From: Oikopleura dioica
Lineage: Eukaryota; Animalia; Chordata
Length of the DNA stretch: 64,000 nt
Direction: 5' to 3'
Assembly: GCA_907165135.1 (NCBI GenBank)
Contig: OU015566.1
Location: 7,936,001-8,000,000, forward strand
The number at the start of each line of letters is the position of its first letter. Position 1 is the stretch's first letter. The position numbers were made by a program, and so were the translations under genes. Below are positions 13,099 to 26,749 of the stretch, piece by piece. The notes beneath the pieces were generated by a model. That model saw only the letters and a program-made list of their open reading frames with translations, was not told where the DNA came from and searched no databases.

Positions 13099-15414
13099 CA
13101 AAGAGAAATGAGTTTTCTGTTTGTCAGAATATTGAAAGATAATATAACTATAATCAGATAAATTATTTTGTTTTGCTGCTTAGTTGTAAAAAAGAACGGT
13201 GATTACCAAAGCTGACGTTATCGTCATCGCACGCACAGCAGAAGATAACAAAAAACACACAGCGAAATATTATCTCAATTATAAGAAAGACGAGATAGAA
13301 GCAACAAACTGGCGACCTTGCGTGAGTGGATAATTTAGGCCTTTTTACTTGGCCCAGCCGAGCACTTTTGAATGACACTCATGAGTCGCGGCACATGTGA
13401 TTCTCAGTCCAAAGAGGCCGTGTGAGCGAAAACGTGCTAGAAACTGGATCTGACTCGTTAATTGCACAGTTAAATTCTAGCTCTTCGTTTGCTCTTTGTT
13501 TTGACATGTGTGGATTCCGGGATAATAGCATTACAGTCAATTGAGCCCCGAATAACCATACTTCTAATTCATAACTGCCTGTATGTCCTAATGCCTTCAT
13601 CGATTTCACGCTTCTCAATCCTTTGAACTTCCCAAAAGTCCGCGCGAAATTCAATAGCCTCATCTTATTGACGAAATTTTTATTTTTATCTCGTTTTTTT
13701 CATAATTTTCGGGCGACTTTTTGACGCTTTAAAAATAATTTGTAAACCTACCCCGCGATAAACGAAAGAGACACCTTTATCAGTTAGCGCTTCTTCTATT
13801 AAAAAAATCTAAGTAGGACGTACAGTAACGTGCAGGTGCTTGACGCAACGGCTCAGAAGGTTTATTGCGCTCATGTAGCACTTGTGCGAGAGTATCCAGG
13901 GCCGTCTTTCTTCATGAGCCGGTCGCCACGTCCGCTACCATTTGCATCCGATCTATCCGACACGTCTGTTTTAAAGCATCTTTCTGAGCCCGTATAAACA
14001 TGTTCAAACGCAGACGTAAATCCTCACTCTTATCGCAAACTCAAATAAGCCAAAATCACACGCACACATGTTCAGATAACTCTCAATTAGACCAATCCGC
14101 GCCTGCAGATGTTTTATTCCAAATTTTAACTTCTAAAATTTCCGATAAAAACAGACATAAGCGGGATTTGAAAGATTTTTATTCTCTCTCGAGAAGATTG
14201 CAAAAAATGCAATGATCCCAAAAGAGAAAACTTTATTTGGTAACATGACATATACAAAAGTTGATTTATGTACAGTCAAATGCAGTAAATACGAGCTCAA
14301 GCTGAGAAACGGCCTTTTTTAGATGGAAAATCATGATGTTGGCAAGTGGCTGTTAGCAAGTGGAAATTTGCTGTTTAAATTTAGCCAATAAGAAATCTCA
14401 AAAAGCCAGCTTTGATTTAATCAAGCAAAAAGAACTGAGCAAATATTCGCTTTAGATTTATTCCAGAGCGAATGGGTGCACTAGAACTCTTGAAAAGCGA
14501 AATTGAGACCAGAGGAATAATTCGAGAGGCCAATTTTCTCAACCAGAAGCAAGGGACAATTTCAGACGACTTTAATCTTTCACAACTTCTTCTTTTACCT
14601 CAGCTGGCAGAGCAAAGTAAAAATGAAATTTTAAAGCCGCCTTTTATCCAAAGAATTGAGCAAAAATGTTAAAAATGCGCGGGGTCGCACTAACCCTAGC
14701 GCCAAGCATCAAATTCCCGACTCCGGCTTCCTTAAAAATATTTTTCAAAGAAGCCAAGTTGAAATTTGATGATGGCTCATTCACGGCAGAACACTCTTTC
14801 CCATCTGATGACAAGAAAGGAAGATTTTTGGTCAAAATTGCATTTGTGATTTTTCGAAAATTAAATTAATAAGAAAATTTTAAAATACATAATTTTAAAT
14901 CAATCTTATCAAAATAAATTTTCATAAGCGACTCAATTATTTGAGATACTTATTTAATTCGTTGGAAAATTTCTTTTAAACTTTTATCTGGATAAAATTA
15001 TAATAATTTCAGGGTCATATCGCCCCTACGTTTTTGTTGTTGATCGCACAAATCACGTGATTTTTGTGCATTTTGGAAGACTATTGATTTTGTTAAATTT
15101 TGACGGAAAATATACAGCTGGGCGCTTTTGATCGAGTTTACCGAATTTTATCTTTGTAACGATACTTTTTGATTATAAGCGGTAAGTTGAAATTGATTTG
15201 ACGAAGAATGGTAAAATTGGTTTGAAGACAAAAAGACTTTGGCGGTAAGTTTTGATTAAAATTGGTTTTCTTTCTTTTGCTATTTACAGGGCGAAGCGGC
15301 CAATTTTTATGACCAATTTTTGGACACGATTTTCGGCCAATTTTGTTTGTTTTGTGAAAATTGGGACCTCTAGTCTTTGACAGGAAAAAAATATTGAGAG
15401 GGAGTAAACTCGAT

Positions 15415-18400
15415 CTAGAGCATGAGGTCTGCGTGAATGTAGGGCGACTCGCCAAGTACAGTGCGTTGCACGTCGTGGTGCAAAATGTGCTGCCGGATGT
15501 AGGAAGGCTGCGGGGGTAAGTCGGTGCGCTCCGACTGGAGCTCGCGAATGTGATCGGCGAATTTCACCTCGCCCCAAGTCATCTTGAGACACTGATCGCC
15601 CGATTTTCGACGAAGCTTAATCCGACGGATCCAAGGAGTAAGTCGCTGCTGGGCATAAGCCTTAAATATTTTTGTTTAGCAAGGATGCCTTCTTAGGACA
15701 ATCCTACATCGACGCAGCGCTCCTCGACGTCGCGCAACTGGGCGCGAAGCTTGTTGACTTCCAAGCTCATCTTGTCACGCCCGAATTTCTCCACGGCAAT
15801 GTCGAGTTTCTTCTCGAAGTGATCGTAGAGCGAAGCATCTAGTGAGTTCCATTCGCGAATTTTGCGTGCTCATAAATGGTCAACAACACATTCCTGAAAG
15901 AAAAAGCCCACGACTTTCGAGCCAAAATGACGATGGCACCCAAGAGCTCGAAAAACTGGCGCGCAATTTGAAATCTTAATTTAGGCTCTAAAATTTTAAT
16001 AATCAAAATTGAGGTTTCTTATTTTAATTGAAATTTTAAATAATTTTGAAGCTTATATTCTTTTTAAAATTTAGTAGCTCGAAAAAGTTTAGACTTGCAC
16101 TGCTCCGAATCGATAAACATGTCCGACGAAGTTAAAATATAGAATTTGCATGTTTGGATTTTCAATTTGAAAAATCTCGAAATCTGAGTAAGCGCATCGC
16201 CAGATGCATACGAGGGGCCAGTCAAGTGGCATGAAAGTGGGACGCATGCTAGGGAGTCAAAATATTAGAAAGATTAAGCCGCTCTGAAATAAAAACTGAA
16301 AAATTATTCCCGCCACCGGTTAGACTGCCGCATCCTAAAATATGGTTAGTCTCATTTTGAAAGAGCTTTAAATCACATTTTACATCAATTATGTTCAAAA
16401 TAAGCTAGTATAAGTACTGTACCTTTGGTTTAAAAATGGATGTTCTTCTGTATGGCGTTTTTCGTCAAGTCTTTGTTTCAAAATATAATAGCCGCTTAGC
16501 GGCTATTTGACCGATGATATCACATTAAAGCCGCGCAGCATCTTTTTTCAAGACAAAAACTAAGCTTTTATTATGCCCTCGTAAAGAACTACTGTAACTA
16601 AAAGTTCATCAGATTCAATTTATGACTAGTGAATACGTGTCCACTTTTTTTAAAGTCGTTGTTGATTGATTCGAAATAATCATTCATGATAATTGTTCTC
16701 GAAAATGCATTTGATTGATATGAGAAATTAAGGTGAAGTAAACTACTTTCTACATGTAGTGATTCTATCTACTGATTAATCGACCGTGTCCTTCATCCGT
16801 AGTAAGTTCTGTGCTCTGCGTTTCTCTTCTGACCTTCAGCGCCAGGTAGATGACATCTTCGTCGGACATGCAAAGAAGATCTCGGAGTAGAACGATCGAC
16901 TCTTCAAAACGATCGGTGATCATGACCAAATCAAAGATCTTGTCCATCTCCTCGATAGCGTATCTGAAAAGGAAAATAAACGGATGAGCGAAAAATCCAA
17001 CTTCGCCAGAATCCAACTCAAGGCGGCACTTTTAATTTGCGTACTGCTGGAGTAGGCCAATTACCAAATCATCAAATTAAAAACTCGCGACGTCGATTCT
17101 AACGTCAACGACTGCATTTTATGCACTTTGAGCTTGATCATTTGGAAGAAGAAAAAAAAAACGGTTTTTAGTATAATTTACCTTGCATATTCTCGACTGG
17201 TATCTTCGTTGTCGAATCCCAAATCGTATGCCATGTAGTTTTTGGCTCTGAAAAATTATGTTAAAAAAATATTTTAAAAATCTATTTTAAAATTAAGGGT
17301 TTCACAACGATTTTCGTGAAATTGTAAAATGAATAATTTTCTTTTAAAAATCAGGTTTTTCGAAGTCTACATCCTTAAAAATTATGGTCAAAGCTCACTT
17401 ACCGGAAATACCAGGGAGTCGATTTATCGTAGAACCTTTCCGGGTCGCTGAGGAAGTTCTTCAAAGTGCCGTTTCTTCCGACCCACTGGGCGAAGGGGTA
17501 GTCGCGGAAGAAGCCGAAGATGGACTCGTAATTTGAGATTGGATTTCGCATGATAGTAACATACGCAGCGTTATCATGCATCTTCTTCTCGATCTCCTCG
17601 TAGTTGAAGCGGAAATGGTGGCATAGAACGTCGTACTTTTCGGCCACGGGGTCGACCAATCGCTGGTCGAAGCTGACCGGGTATCCGGCCAACTCCCAGT
17701 GGTCTTGGATTGGAAGACCCACGAGCATTGAGTTGCGCTCGGCGTGGCGGAGGATCATGTTTGTGATTGTCGTTCCTGAAAAGAAAAGTTAAATCTTCCC
17801 CATTATTTCAACCCTCATTTGAATTTTCTCCCTTCTTGGAAGAAATCAGAGACTACAGTACTAAAATTTCGGGCTTTTAAATGCCAGACCTTTCAATTCG
17901 GAAAGGCTAAGCCTATGAGCCGAATCAAGTGTGATCCAAGACCGCCCGGGCGAAAAGAAAAAGAGTGCTGAAAAGAGCGGTCCAAATTCCTCCCCAACCG
18001 CGCACTCACTTCTCGTAATTCAAAAAACGATCGAGAGGGCGTTGTCAGAATTATTATAATGAGAAGGCCCTGTAAGCTCTTGAAAAGGCATTTTCTTAAG
18101 GGCGCGGGCGGATAAACGTGAACTTTTTTGTTTTGAGAAAAAATAGGAAATTGCATTGTTTTTTATTTATTTACCTCCAGTTTTGTGCGTTTTGACGAAA
18201 ACGACCGGGTCCGGCTGACAGGTATCGCGCTCGCCGGAAACCATGTCTTCGAATTTCTTCGTGAACGAAGGAGTAACTACGATTGGCTCGTATTCTTCTG
18301 CTGCTGCCCGTTTTGGACGCATCATTCCGCCAAGAAGCGAATCCTTCGTCTGAAAATTCAGTAAGTTTTTTGAAAAAGAAATTTCTGATAAGATCTCTTC

Positions 18401-18600
18401 GACTCCCAAATTGTTGACAGTAACAAAAATGAAACTGTACTTACTCTGTAGTGAAAATGAACATTGAGCAGGATAACAAAACAGAGAGCTATCAAACTGC
18501 CCCTTGCAGCTAGCAAAATCTCCAGTAATGTCGACGATTTGCCGGCTACTTCTGTTGTTCTTTTCTTTGAACGCTTATTTGGATTTTTATTTGAGATCAA
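15415..18600 (-). CDS. GAL3ST: Galactose-3-O-sulfotransferase family (type II Golgi membrane protein)
   Basis: Spliced exons give an N-terminal hydrophobic anchor, VFVKTHKTGG|TTITNM (5'-PAPS motif), TIMRNP, YFRAKNYMAYDLG, FDLVMITDRFEESIVLLRDLLC and IREWNSLDASLYDHF...FGRDKM. Stop TAG at 15415-15417. Start codon position uncertain; the specific paralog is not resolved. Confidence 0.9.
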
Positions 18601-21171
18601 TAAAAATACGAAGCTAATGAAAAATCAAAATTAGGGTTAGGGTTATGTTTTTAACACATTTTCTTCAAAATAAAACATATTGACACCCTTATTTTCGATG
18701 AGAAAAGGACCCTCCAGGCTTACTCTGATTGGTTTTAGCTAAATAAAATGAGAATTTAATTAATAGTGTTGGCATTCAGATACAGAAATTCATCCAAAAT
18801 CGACCAAAAAATTTCGATATTCAGATGAATAAAATATTTCTAATATATCTTTTTCAAAAGAATAAAAGAAAGTCGTTCCTTTTAGAGTTGATTTTTTAAT
18901 AAATTGATGGAAGAACGAGTAGGGAATTCGAAATAGAAAATCACGAGTTGCGAAAAACGAAAGTGAAGCCGAGTGTGGATTTTGGCAGCGTTCGAAAAAA
19001 GGGAAGCCGTGTTTGGTTTCAGAAAGTGTCTTAAGACAGAATAGATATTGACAAATACGTGGACAACAAATCGGTGAACAGTGTCTTTCCCCGTTCTAGG
19101 ATTTCACGATGGGAGTTCTAAACAAAAAGAAATCGAATCCCAAAAAACTAGAACACGTTGAAAAAAGTAGTGAGTCAGACTGAGAGTAAGGATGAGGAAA
19201 TTCATGTTTGGAAGGGTACTACTGTTCATTTTTAACAGTAGAATGAACGTGATAGTAAAACCTAAAGAGGCTTATAAAATTGAAGAGTCCGGAAAGAGAC
19301 ACGGTTTAATAGGATCGAGATACACTCGCGGTTGAATAATACCAAGTTATGTGGTTAAATATTCAACGCCGTTTTTACGCATCGTAAATGCACTTATTTT
19401 GAATATGAGTTTTCAGGTGATTTGATTATTGAAAGTTTTGTGTCTCTTGTTCATATCACTGTAAATTTAGTTTGACGATTTGATGGTGATAACTTAAGGG
19501 TATCCATAAGTTAACAAATTTTTGCTCTAAAACTTTTTATAAGCTACATTTTAATAATAAAATCTTAAGGACCCCTAGTGTATACAGAGAGAAAATGCTG
19601 TTTGAAAATTGCTAGGAGGTCGAGGGGGGATCCTTAAAATAAATAGAAACAAAAAGCTTATTTCTTCCATGGCAAGGATTAGTGATTTATTAAAAGAAAC
19701 AATAATTTTTCAAATAAATAATTCAAAATAAAATTATCAAAAATAAATAACCGAAATTTAAAATTTTCCGAAAATGAAATTTAACAAAATATTAAAATCC
19801 GTTCCTTGAGTACGCGTTGGCCATCGTCGCTAACTGCGACAAACTTATTGTGGTAGTTCGCGGAAGTCATAATTTTACTTTTCTTCGCGTTTTGCTACAA
19901 AGTAAGTGTTCATAAATCAAAGTAATCTTCGTGAATAGAATCTCTCAAAGTGGTTTCTTTCTTCTATTTTACCGGTTGTTGTTAATTTTTTCAAAAATGT
20001 GAATTGGTTTCTTCTTTTTTGATTTTAATCTCTCATGCTATTGAGGCCGTTGTCCTTTTTGGTCAGCCGGCCAAAGAAAAATGATTTCTTCGTAGGATAT
20101 TCCTCTGTTAAAAAATAACGATTACAAAAATTCAATATAAAAAAGCATATATAGAATTGGGTGCTTAAGCAAAAATATTGGCGCGCAGCGAAGAGGAAGC
20201 GCTCCGCCACTAGGAGGAAAAGTGGCGCTGCAGAGCACCGCGCCGCAGAGAAGAGGAGTGATCACGATCCGAGGCGAGATGGACCGCGAGCGCCACCACT
20301 TTGGAGAACTGCCGGATAATGCCACAGAATAGGAGATTTTTGTCGCTAACTTAATAAGTGTTGAAATACCAGCAGATGTATTTTTTACTCGATGGCGTTA
20401 TTGATATTTTTTCTTATTTATGATTTCGAAACTTTTTTCGTTATAAATAATTTTGTTTATTTTTCTGCTATTCAGAATTTATGAACAGCCTTTTCTTCCT
20501 TCTTTTTGCCTTGATATAATTTTTTATCATAAAAATTTTTTATATTTAATTATTTTGTCATATTGAATCATAAAAAAACTCGTGAAAAATACGTTAAAAA
20601 TATTTTTTTTCTGTTATTTTTTAGATTAAAAAAATAATATCATTTTTAAAATTCTGACAAATTTAAGTTTTTTTCAAGTATTTTAATTTTTTATTAAAAA
20701 ATTATGTCTCGCCGCAAAACTCTATGTCCTCTTAACATTATGGATTGCTTTCAAAAGACCTGCTTAAAAATGCAAAATTATGCGGAAATTATTATCCAAG
20801 GCGGGTTCGACCTCGATTTGCCAGAAAACGAGATTCTTGAGTGCGTTTTTCTGAGTGTTTATAAGTGCGTTAGGCTTGTTAATGAACACATGTTCTATTC
20901 GCTGCAGCGCGAAATAAGCGGAATTTGTTTTTAGAAACTAGACCACGTTTCTAAGCGGAGCATATTTATTTGAGCTAGCAATAGTGGCTACATGAGGATT
21001 TAAGCAAAAAAGACGAATGAACGTCACTTGCGCAATCTCTGAAACGAGCAACAAATCATTCTGGGAATTTGAAGTAAAAGCGAGACATTTTCAATTTGAT
21101 AAAGAATGACATTCTCGGGGCGAAATCGAGTCAATTTAGGGGGGACAAGGAGAGAGGTGTGAAATCTCATA

Positions 21172-21578
21172 CCGTGGTTTTCCATCTTAAGAGCGCCCAA
21201 CTTAAGAGCGTTTTTGCCAATATTTTCCATATTTTCTCATCTGAAAAAATCCCAACTTTAGAGCGTTTTTAGGAATTTTTAATTAATAATTAGAATAACG
21301 TTTGTTTCAACCTGAAAAATCATTGAAAAAAATTGTTTTCTACGCTTTTTTTCAGGTGAAATCATAGCCTCTGATTCAAAGATCGTAATTTTTTTATCAT
21401 AAAATGGTAAAAATGACCTCAGATGCATTTTTAGAGTTTTGGAAAAAGTTCATTTTATGCATTTTCATTCATCATTTTTTCCCACTGTCATCCTAGTTTG
21501 ATCGTAAATTTTCCAACTTAAGAGCGTTTTGGTCTACCCTTGTCATCTGAAAAACGCTCTTAAGATGGAAAACGACGG
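21172..21578. mobile_element. TA-flanked MITE (Tc1/mariner-type target)
   Basis: TIR CCGT(G/C)GTTTTCCATCTTAAGAGCG at both ends. TA at 21170-21171 and 21579-21580. Internal repeats of AACTT(A)AGAGCGTTTT. Confidence 0.8.
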
Positions 21579-23181
21579 TAATTTGGGCGAATTCGAACAT
21601 TCTTTTATTGTACTTTCTCGCTTCAAGAACTTCGAAAAAGAGAGGACGAAAAGTGAAATTATGACCGATTAGCCTTCAAAATTGGGTAATATAAAACAAA
21701 ACATTGATGTAGCGAGTCGGGGTTTAGAAAATGCTGAAAGCTAAGCTTACGGATTTCCCGCGATTGCGAGACAACAGACTTGAAAGGGTCTTTTAGGCCC
21801 TCTTTTTATAAGACCACCGATGAACCACCTAATGAATCATCTCAAACTACCGTGAGAATGAGCCGTTTTTGCGCAAGAAAAAGGGGCCGCTGCTGCTGTA
21901 GATTCTTATGGAAAAGGAAATTTAAGCGATGATATTTGATTATCACGGAAATTTGGGCCTTTCAAGTTTTTGGAGCCGGATTCAATGTCGTTGACTAATT
22001 GGAATTGAGGGCGTCTGGGCAGAACGTGGCGAAGAAATGGCACCCGGGTAATGCCCATTTTTTTGGATCATCCCTCTCAAGTAAACCGTTCATTCCAAGA
22101 CATCTGCTGAATACTACCCATGCCAATCCGTTTTCTCGTGTCACTGTAGCCTCGTTTTATAAAGCGCTTTCTTCAATAGAAAGTATAGCTTTTTGTCGTC
22201 AAAGCGACCCCTTTGAGCCTCAAATTCGGACATTTTATTGGCTAAAAATCGATTGTAATTATGCTTGTTAAATGCCAAACAAATTGATACACAATTATAA
22301 AATCCTAAAAGCCACAATTGTGTTTCTAAAGTGGCTCATTTCAGCGCAAGACGGAGCGCCGAGAAACCGCGGGTCAATATTTGTTCCATCCTCTAACAGT
22401 GCGGTAACAACTTTTTTGAAAATCGAAGGTGAGCATAAACTTCCAGGAGAAAGGGGCTGCGTCTTTTCGCCTGCAACGTTATTTGGATTTGGCGAATTTC
22501 AACTGGCCTGGTTCATCCTCTTCCGATCCATTATCGCTCTGACTCTAAGCCGGCTCTCTCTTGTTATCATTGTAGATTTCGCAGCAGGACGCCGAGCACT
22601 GCTTTTCGCAGAAGAATGCCTTTTATCGCCAGAATTACTTACGTGATCCTCTTATGCTATAAAAGGCTGATAAGCCGTTTCTTGGACTATCGCACGTAAC
22701 AATAACATATTTTTCACAAAGTGGGTATATTTGACTGGTTTATTTTTGGCAGAACATTTTGGATCCTAGACGGAAATACTGACAGATGACGTTTTTGACC
22801 TGAATACATTGAATTTGCATACTTTCAAGTGGTAAGATACTCTTAAAATCTCAAGGCATACATTACGAACTTTTTAAGGAGGTAGATATCAAGATATCGC
22901 CATTTTCTGTCAGACTTTTCTCCCAAGGTTAAAAAAGTAACACCCTTATTTTACTTCGGAAACAAAAACTTTAGACCTTTCTCTATTTCTTATGGAAGCT
23001 GAAATTTTGAATTTCAAAAATATTTTCTACAAAATTTTTCGTCAAAGATCGCTAACTTTCAAAAAATGGTCATTTTGGCGACAATCGAAGGTGCCCGATC
23101 TACATTGTAGCACCTCGAAAGCTCAATGAATCTACATTTCTTGCTTCCATAGGAAAGAGACAATTGCCTGAAATTAATTTT

Positions 23182-23417
23182 GCCAAATGTGCCATATATG
23201 GCACAAGGACTTTCCACCACCCATTTTTCTCTCCGTCATCATTTCGGGTTCTTCCATTTTTACTCATTTTCGGGCAATAGTCTGGGCTTGGGTTTGGGTT
23301 TGTTTTTTTAGCTCGGGTTCTGGTTCGAGTTCGGATCTTGGTTAAGGTTCGGGTTCGGCCATTATATGGGGCCTAGGACGACGGAAAAGATGATGTGCCA
23401 TATATGGCACATTTGGC
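23182..23417. mobile_element. Short inverted-repeat element with palindromic ends
   Basis: 24-bp TIR GCCAAATGTGCCATATATGGCACA, each copy containing the 18-bp palindrome TGTGCCATATATGGCACA. Interior GGTT-rich hexamer-like repeats. No clear TSD. Confidence 0.6.
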
Positions 23418-23470
23418 GGCGGGGGTTGAAATTTTAGTTTGGCGGCGTAAGGTTAAACGGTAGTTCACTT

Positions 23471-25010
23471 ACCTGTAAGATCGATCATGTTCGTCGTCAT
23501 CTTCGCTCGAATCAGCAGCTTGCCGAGAATGAGCTGTTTTCTTTTGCATCTTACGTGGGTCTTCGATCAAATCGCCAGCTGATTTTTTCGACAAGCTGTT
23601 CCTGCCCGTGTTCAATCGCTCCGAGTGCTCGGAAATCGCATCGAGCTGGGGCGAGTGCAGTGGTTTCTCGCGCTTTAGGGAAGTTCTCGAAAGTGGCCGA
23701 ACTTAGCAGATTTAGAAATCGTTATCATCAGCGTTCGACCGCCGCAAGAAGTGTTCATCAAAAGACCGGATTTTCGGACTTGCTCGCTTGCACAACGGAC
23801 GCGCAACCGGTGATCTTCAAATTTTCAAAACATATGATTAATTGACCTAAGTATTCAGAAAACTCTGTCTTGAGTCCATTTTGGGCAACTTTCGAGAGGA
23901 TTAAACTTGGAAAATAATTACTACGAAATTTTTAGAGTAATGAATTTAAATAAAATCCTCTTCCTTTGTGACTCATCGGAGCATTATTTGGAGAAGGTCC
24001 ACTTCTCGGCGTCGAGGTTCCATCTGGGGCTTCAATTATCGGCGCGTTGTCAGTTGCTAATTCTAGTGAATTCTTCTCACTTTCAAAAATGTAAGATTGG
24101 CCACCTGCGCCGAATCTATCGTTATTTTTAAGTCGCGAAGTCATATCATCAGAGAACGAGCTGATCCGCATTGGAAACATTTTTATCACTATTTGAACAC
24201 GTTTTATTAACAATTAACAAAAAAAAAAGATATTCTAAATTGTTATTTATCGCTAATCGTGGCGCTTTTTGCTATCTTAAAATAGCAGTGAGAATCTAAG
24301 CAATGATTCTGAAGAAAAGAAGAAAGCTGTCCAATGTTCCTGTGATCTGAAAAAGTCGTGTTCTGAATCTGGTCAGAGTTGAGTGTGGTGTTTCCGAAGT
24401 TGGGGCGTCGGCCTCCACCTCCTCCGTGAGCGGCTGTGGTCGAACGGGAGCCGCCGGAACCTGCAATGGGAAGGTAAGGGCGCGTCCTACCGACAACGCT
24501 ATTTTTGGCTGGATAATTATGTTTTGATCGGGTCAAGGAGGGACACCGAGCAGGATGAATTTCGAAATAAGGCTTGTCTGTTTTACAGTTACTCACTGTA
24601 TTCAGGATAATCGTCTGGATGAAACAACTCCGCCTGTCTTCCCCATCTTGCGAATTCCTTTCGAAAGGGGCCCCAGCTCAATAAAGAGGCGGCCACGTTA
24701 ACCATGGGTGCTAGTAGAACACGATCAATTATCAGCAAGCTAATTTGGTACCAAATTGTTGATTTGGATAAGTGACGATAAGCTAGAACGCGCACCTGTG
24801 GGATCGCGAATGACGGGCGCCTGATCTGGAGATGTTTGCAGAGGCAGCTAAACACTACCTTTTAGCTCTTATTTTTACACGTCAGTTTTCTTGCCACCGT
24901 TATTACCTGATAATCAGCTGAAGAATAGAATCTACTCCACTGTATAATCGTCCTTGGTCCACTGAAAAGCTCAACTTGTAAAACTCGCCTTCCCATTTTT
25001 TCTAAAATCG
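23471..25010 (-). CDS. Multi-exon gene of unknown function (low-complexity, S/D/R-rich exons); probably continues leftward
   Basis: GT/AG-bounded open exons, e.g. 23705-23471 (RPLSRTSLKREKPLHSPQLDAISEHSERL...DSSEDDDEHDRSYR), plus the open frames at 23932-24213, 24243-24596 and 24589-24855. No domain recognised. Confidence 0.45.
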
Positions 25011-25305
25011 TCGCTTCAAAGAGTTCAGAAATAATTTAAGCCAACGAGTATTTAAATTACAGCTCTGTGTCATGTTTTTTAAGGCGTGAAATTTTAAATT
25101 GACTCTTATTTTTTAGTTTTTTTCGGGGCAAAAAAATTCACTGCGCTTGAATTTTCAATGACAGAAAAAAAGTTATTCCGAATAATGGAATTATTATCTG
25201 TAAAAACTGAAGCCAAAAATTTGAAAAAACAAAAGAGCTCGTTCGGTGTAAGATAGTTCAATTCGTTGGATTATAATTTATTTGATTATTGTTCCGTGTT
25301 CTGTT

Positions 25306-25547
25306 TGAAGTGTTCTAGTTTAGCGACAGTCCCTGAACTGTCAATCATAGAACCTATATTAAGCCCTATCAAAGCCCCCTTTCTCGGAGTCAGTTGTGAT
25401 TCTCGCTGAGTCCCACTTTCACCGTCAGCTGTACACGATTGCTCCTCTCCGTTTTCTATTCTCAATAAACCAGTCAATATCTCCACGAGCTAGCGGCCGT
25501 TCGTGTTTGACTCCACGAGATTTAGTCTCAGTTCTCAGAACACCTCA
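25306..25547 (+). repeat. 5' LTR
   Basis: Direct repeat of 27879-28120 with TG...CA termini. Confidence 0.92.
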
Positions 25548-26460
25548 CTGGAGACTGAAAGGGATTTTTTTCTTTTCAAACGCCTCCGGAAAATTCCAGT
25601 CAACTAGAGATCTACAAAGAAGTAGCCAAGAGCATCGACAATTAACGATCGATCCAGCCACTTCAAATTCAATTTCTCAATCCAGTTCCAGTCACCTAGA
25701 GATTTACAATAGAAGACGTCACGATACGAATTCCGATAACGATCTTTTGACTCCAACTGCGAACTTCCAAACTTTACTCCAGCTCTAGAACCGGCCAACT
25801 GCTCTTCGCGGCGCCACCAACTGCAGCACCCACAACAACTCAAACAACCACGCCAACTCCTCCGATGACGCTTTGCTCAAACGGGTCAAAGGTACGAGAG
25901 GATTAAAGGTCTGTAATTTTTGGAATCACGATGTTGGTCGGAAATTATTTCTTTTCGAAAATCGAGTCATTGACTTCTGAATAAGAATATCGACCACTTC
26001 AGGATCCATCAATGTTTTTGGTCAAAATTTTAGGAAAATGTCGAAATGATCATAGTCCCGATCGAATATGAAATTTATTTTCAGTTTCGAAAATTGGGAA
26101 ATTATCAAAGAACTCATTTTCTCGCTTCCTCATTTTCAGTATTGTCTTGTCTTAACCACATAAATTTTCACTTTTTGAAAATGCTGGTTATCTTGACTTT
26201 ACTTGAAAGTTTTCTCTTCTTTATGTATAGGGCTTGAGAAGAAAAATTGCAGATGAGAAAATCTTTGAAAGGCGACAGTTTTTTCGTATGAAAGTACTGA
26301 AGCAACACATATCAGTTACGCTTACTTGGTGAAAATTTCATCATCAGATTCTGATATTGATCAATAAGAGGACCCAAAGAACGCGTTAATGGTCTTTGTT
26401 CACCTTTGTTATGATTATTGCTCAAGGGTCGGATTTTTTGCCAGGGATATTAATTGACTA

Positions 26461-26749
26461 CTGATGGGGTGTTGGATAGCGGAAAAAATCTCATCGGAGC
26501 CTGGGTTGCGCTTGTAAGGCTAGTAACAAGACATCCCACTGACGGGCGCTCTGATTCGTCCGTTTAAATTTTCTCGAATTTTCCATAAGATTCACGTAAC
26601 CCGTTTTTCCAACATCTGACGAATCAGAGCGCCGACCGAGAAAATGTGTGGTAACTGGCCTCACTAGCCTAACTCAGGCCCTCTTGGGATAGGCACTCTG
26701 ATTCGCCACAGCGCTCTGATGGAAATTCCGCTATCAAACACCCCATCAG
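26461..26749. mobile_element. TA-flanked MITE nested in the LTR element
   Basis: TIR CTGATGGGGTGTT(G/T)GATAGCGGAA. TA at 26459-26460 and 26750-26751. Internal inverted copies of GCGCTCTGATTC. Confidence 0.8.

Noticed and set aside
13163-14870. Several short ORFs and exon-like segments on both strands
   Set aside because: Could not assemble a consistent gene model or choose a strand.
19565-19637. TTAA-GGA...TCC-TTAA 65-bp mini element
   Set aside because: The inverted repeat is only about 8 imperfect bases and could be chance.
20170-20335. GC-rich purine-biased island with short ORFs on both strands
   Set aside because: No recognisable product, splice context or TE ends.
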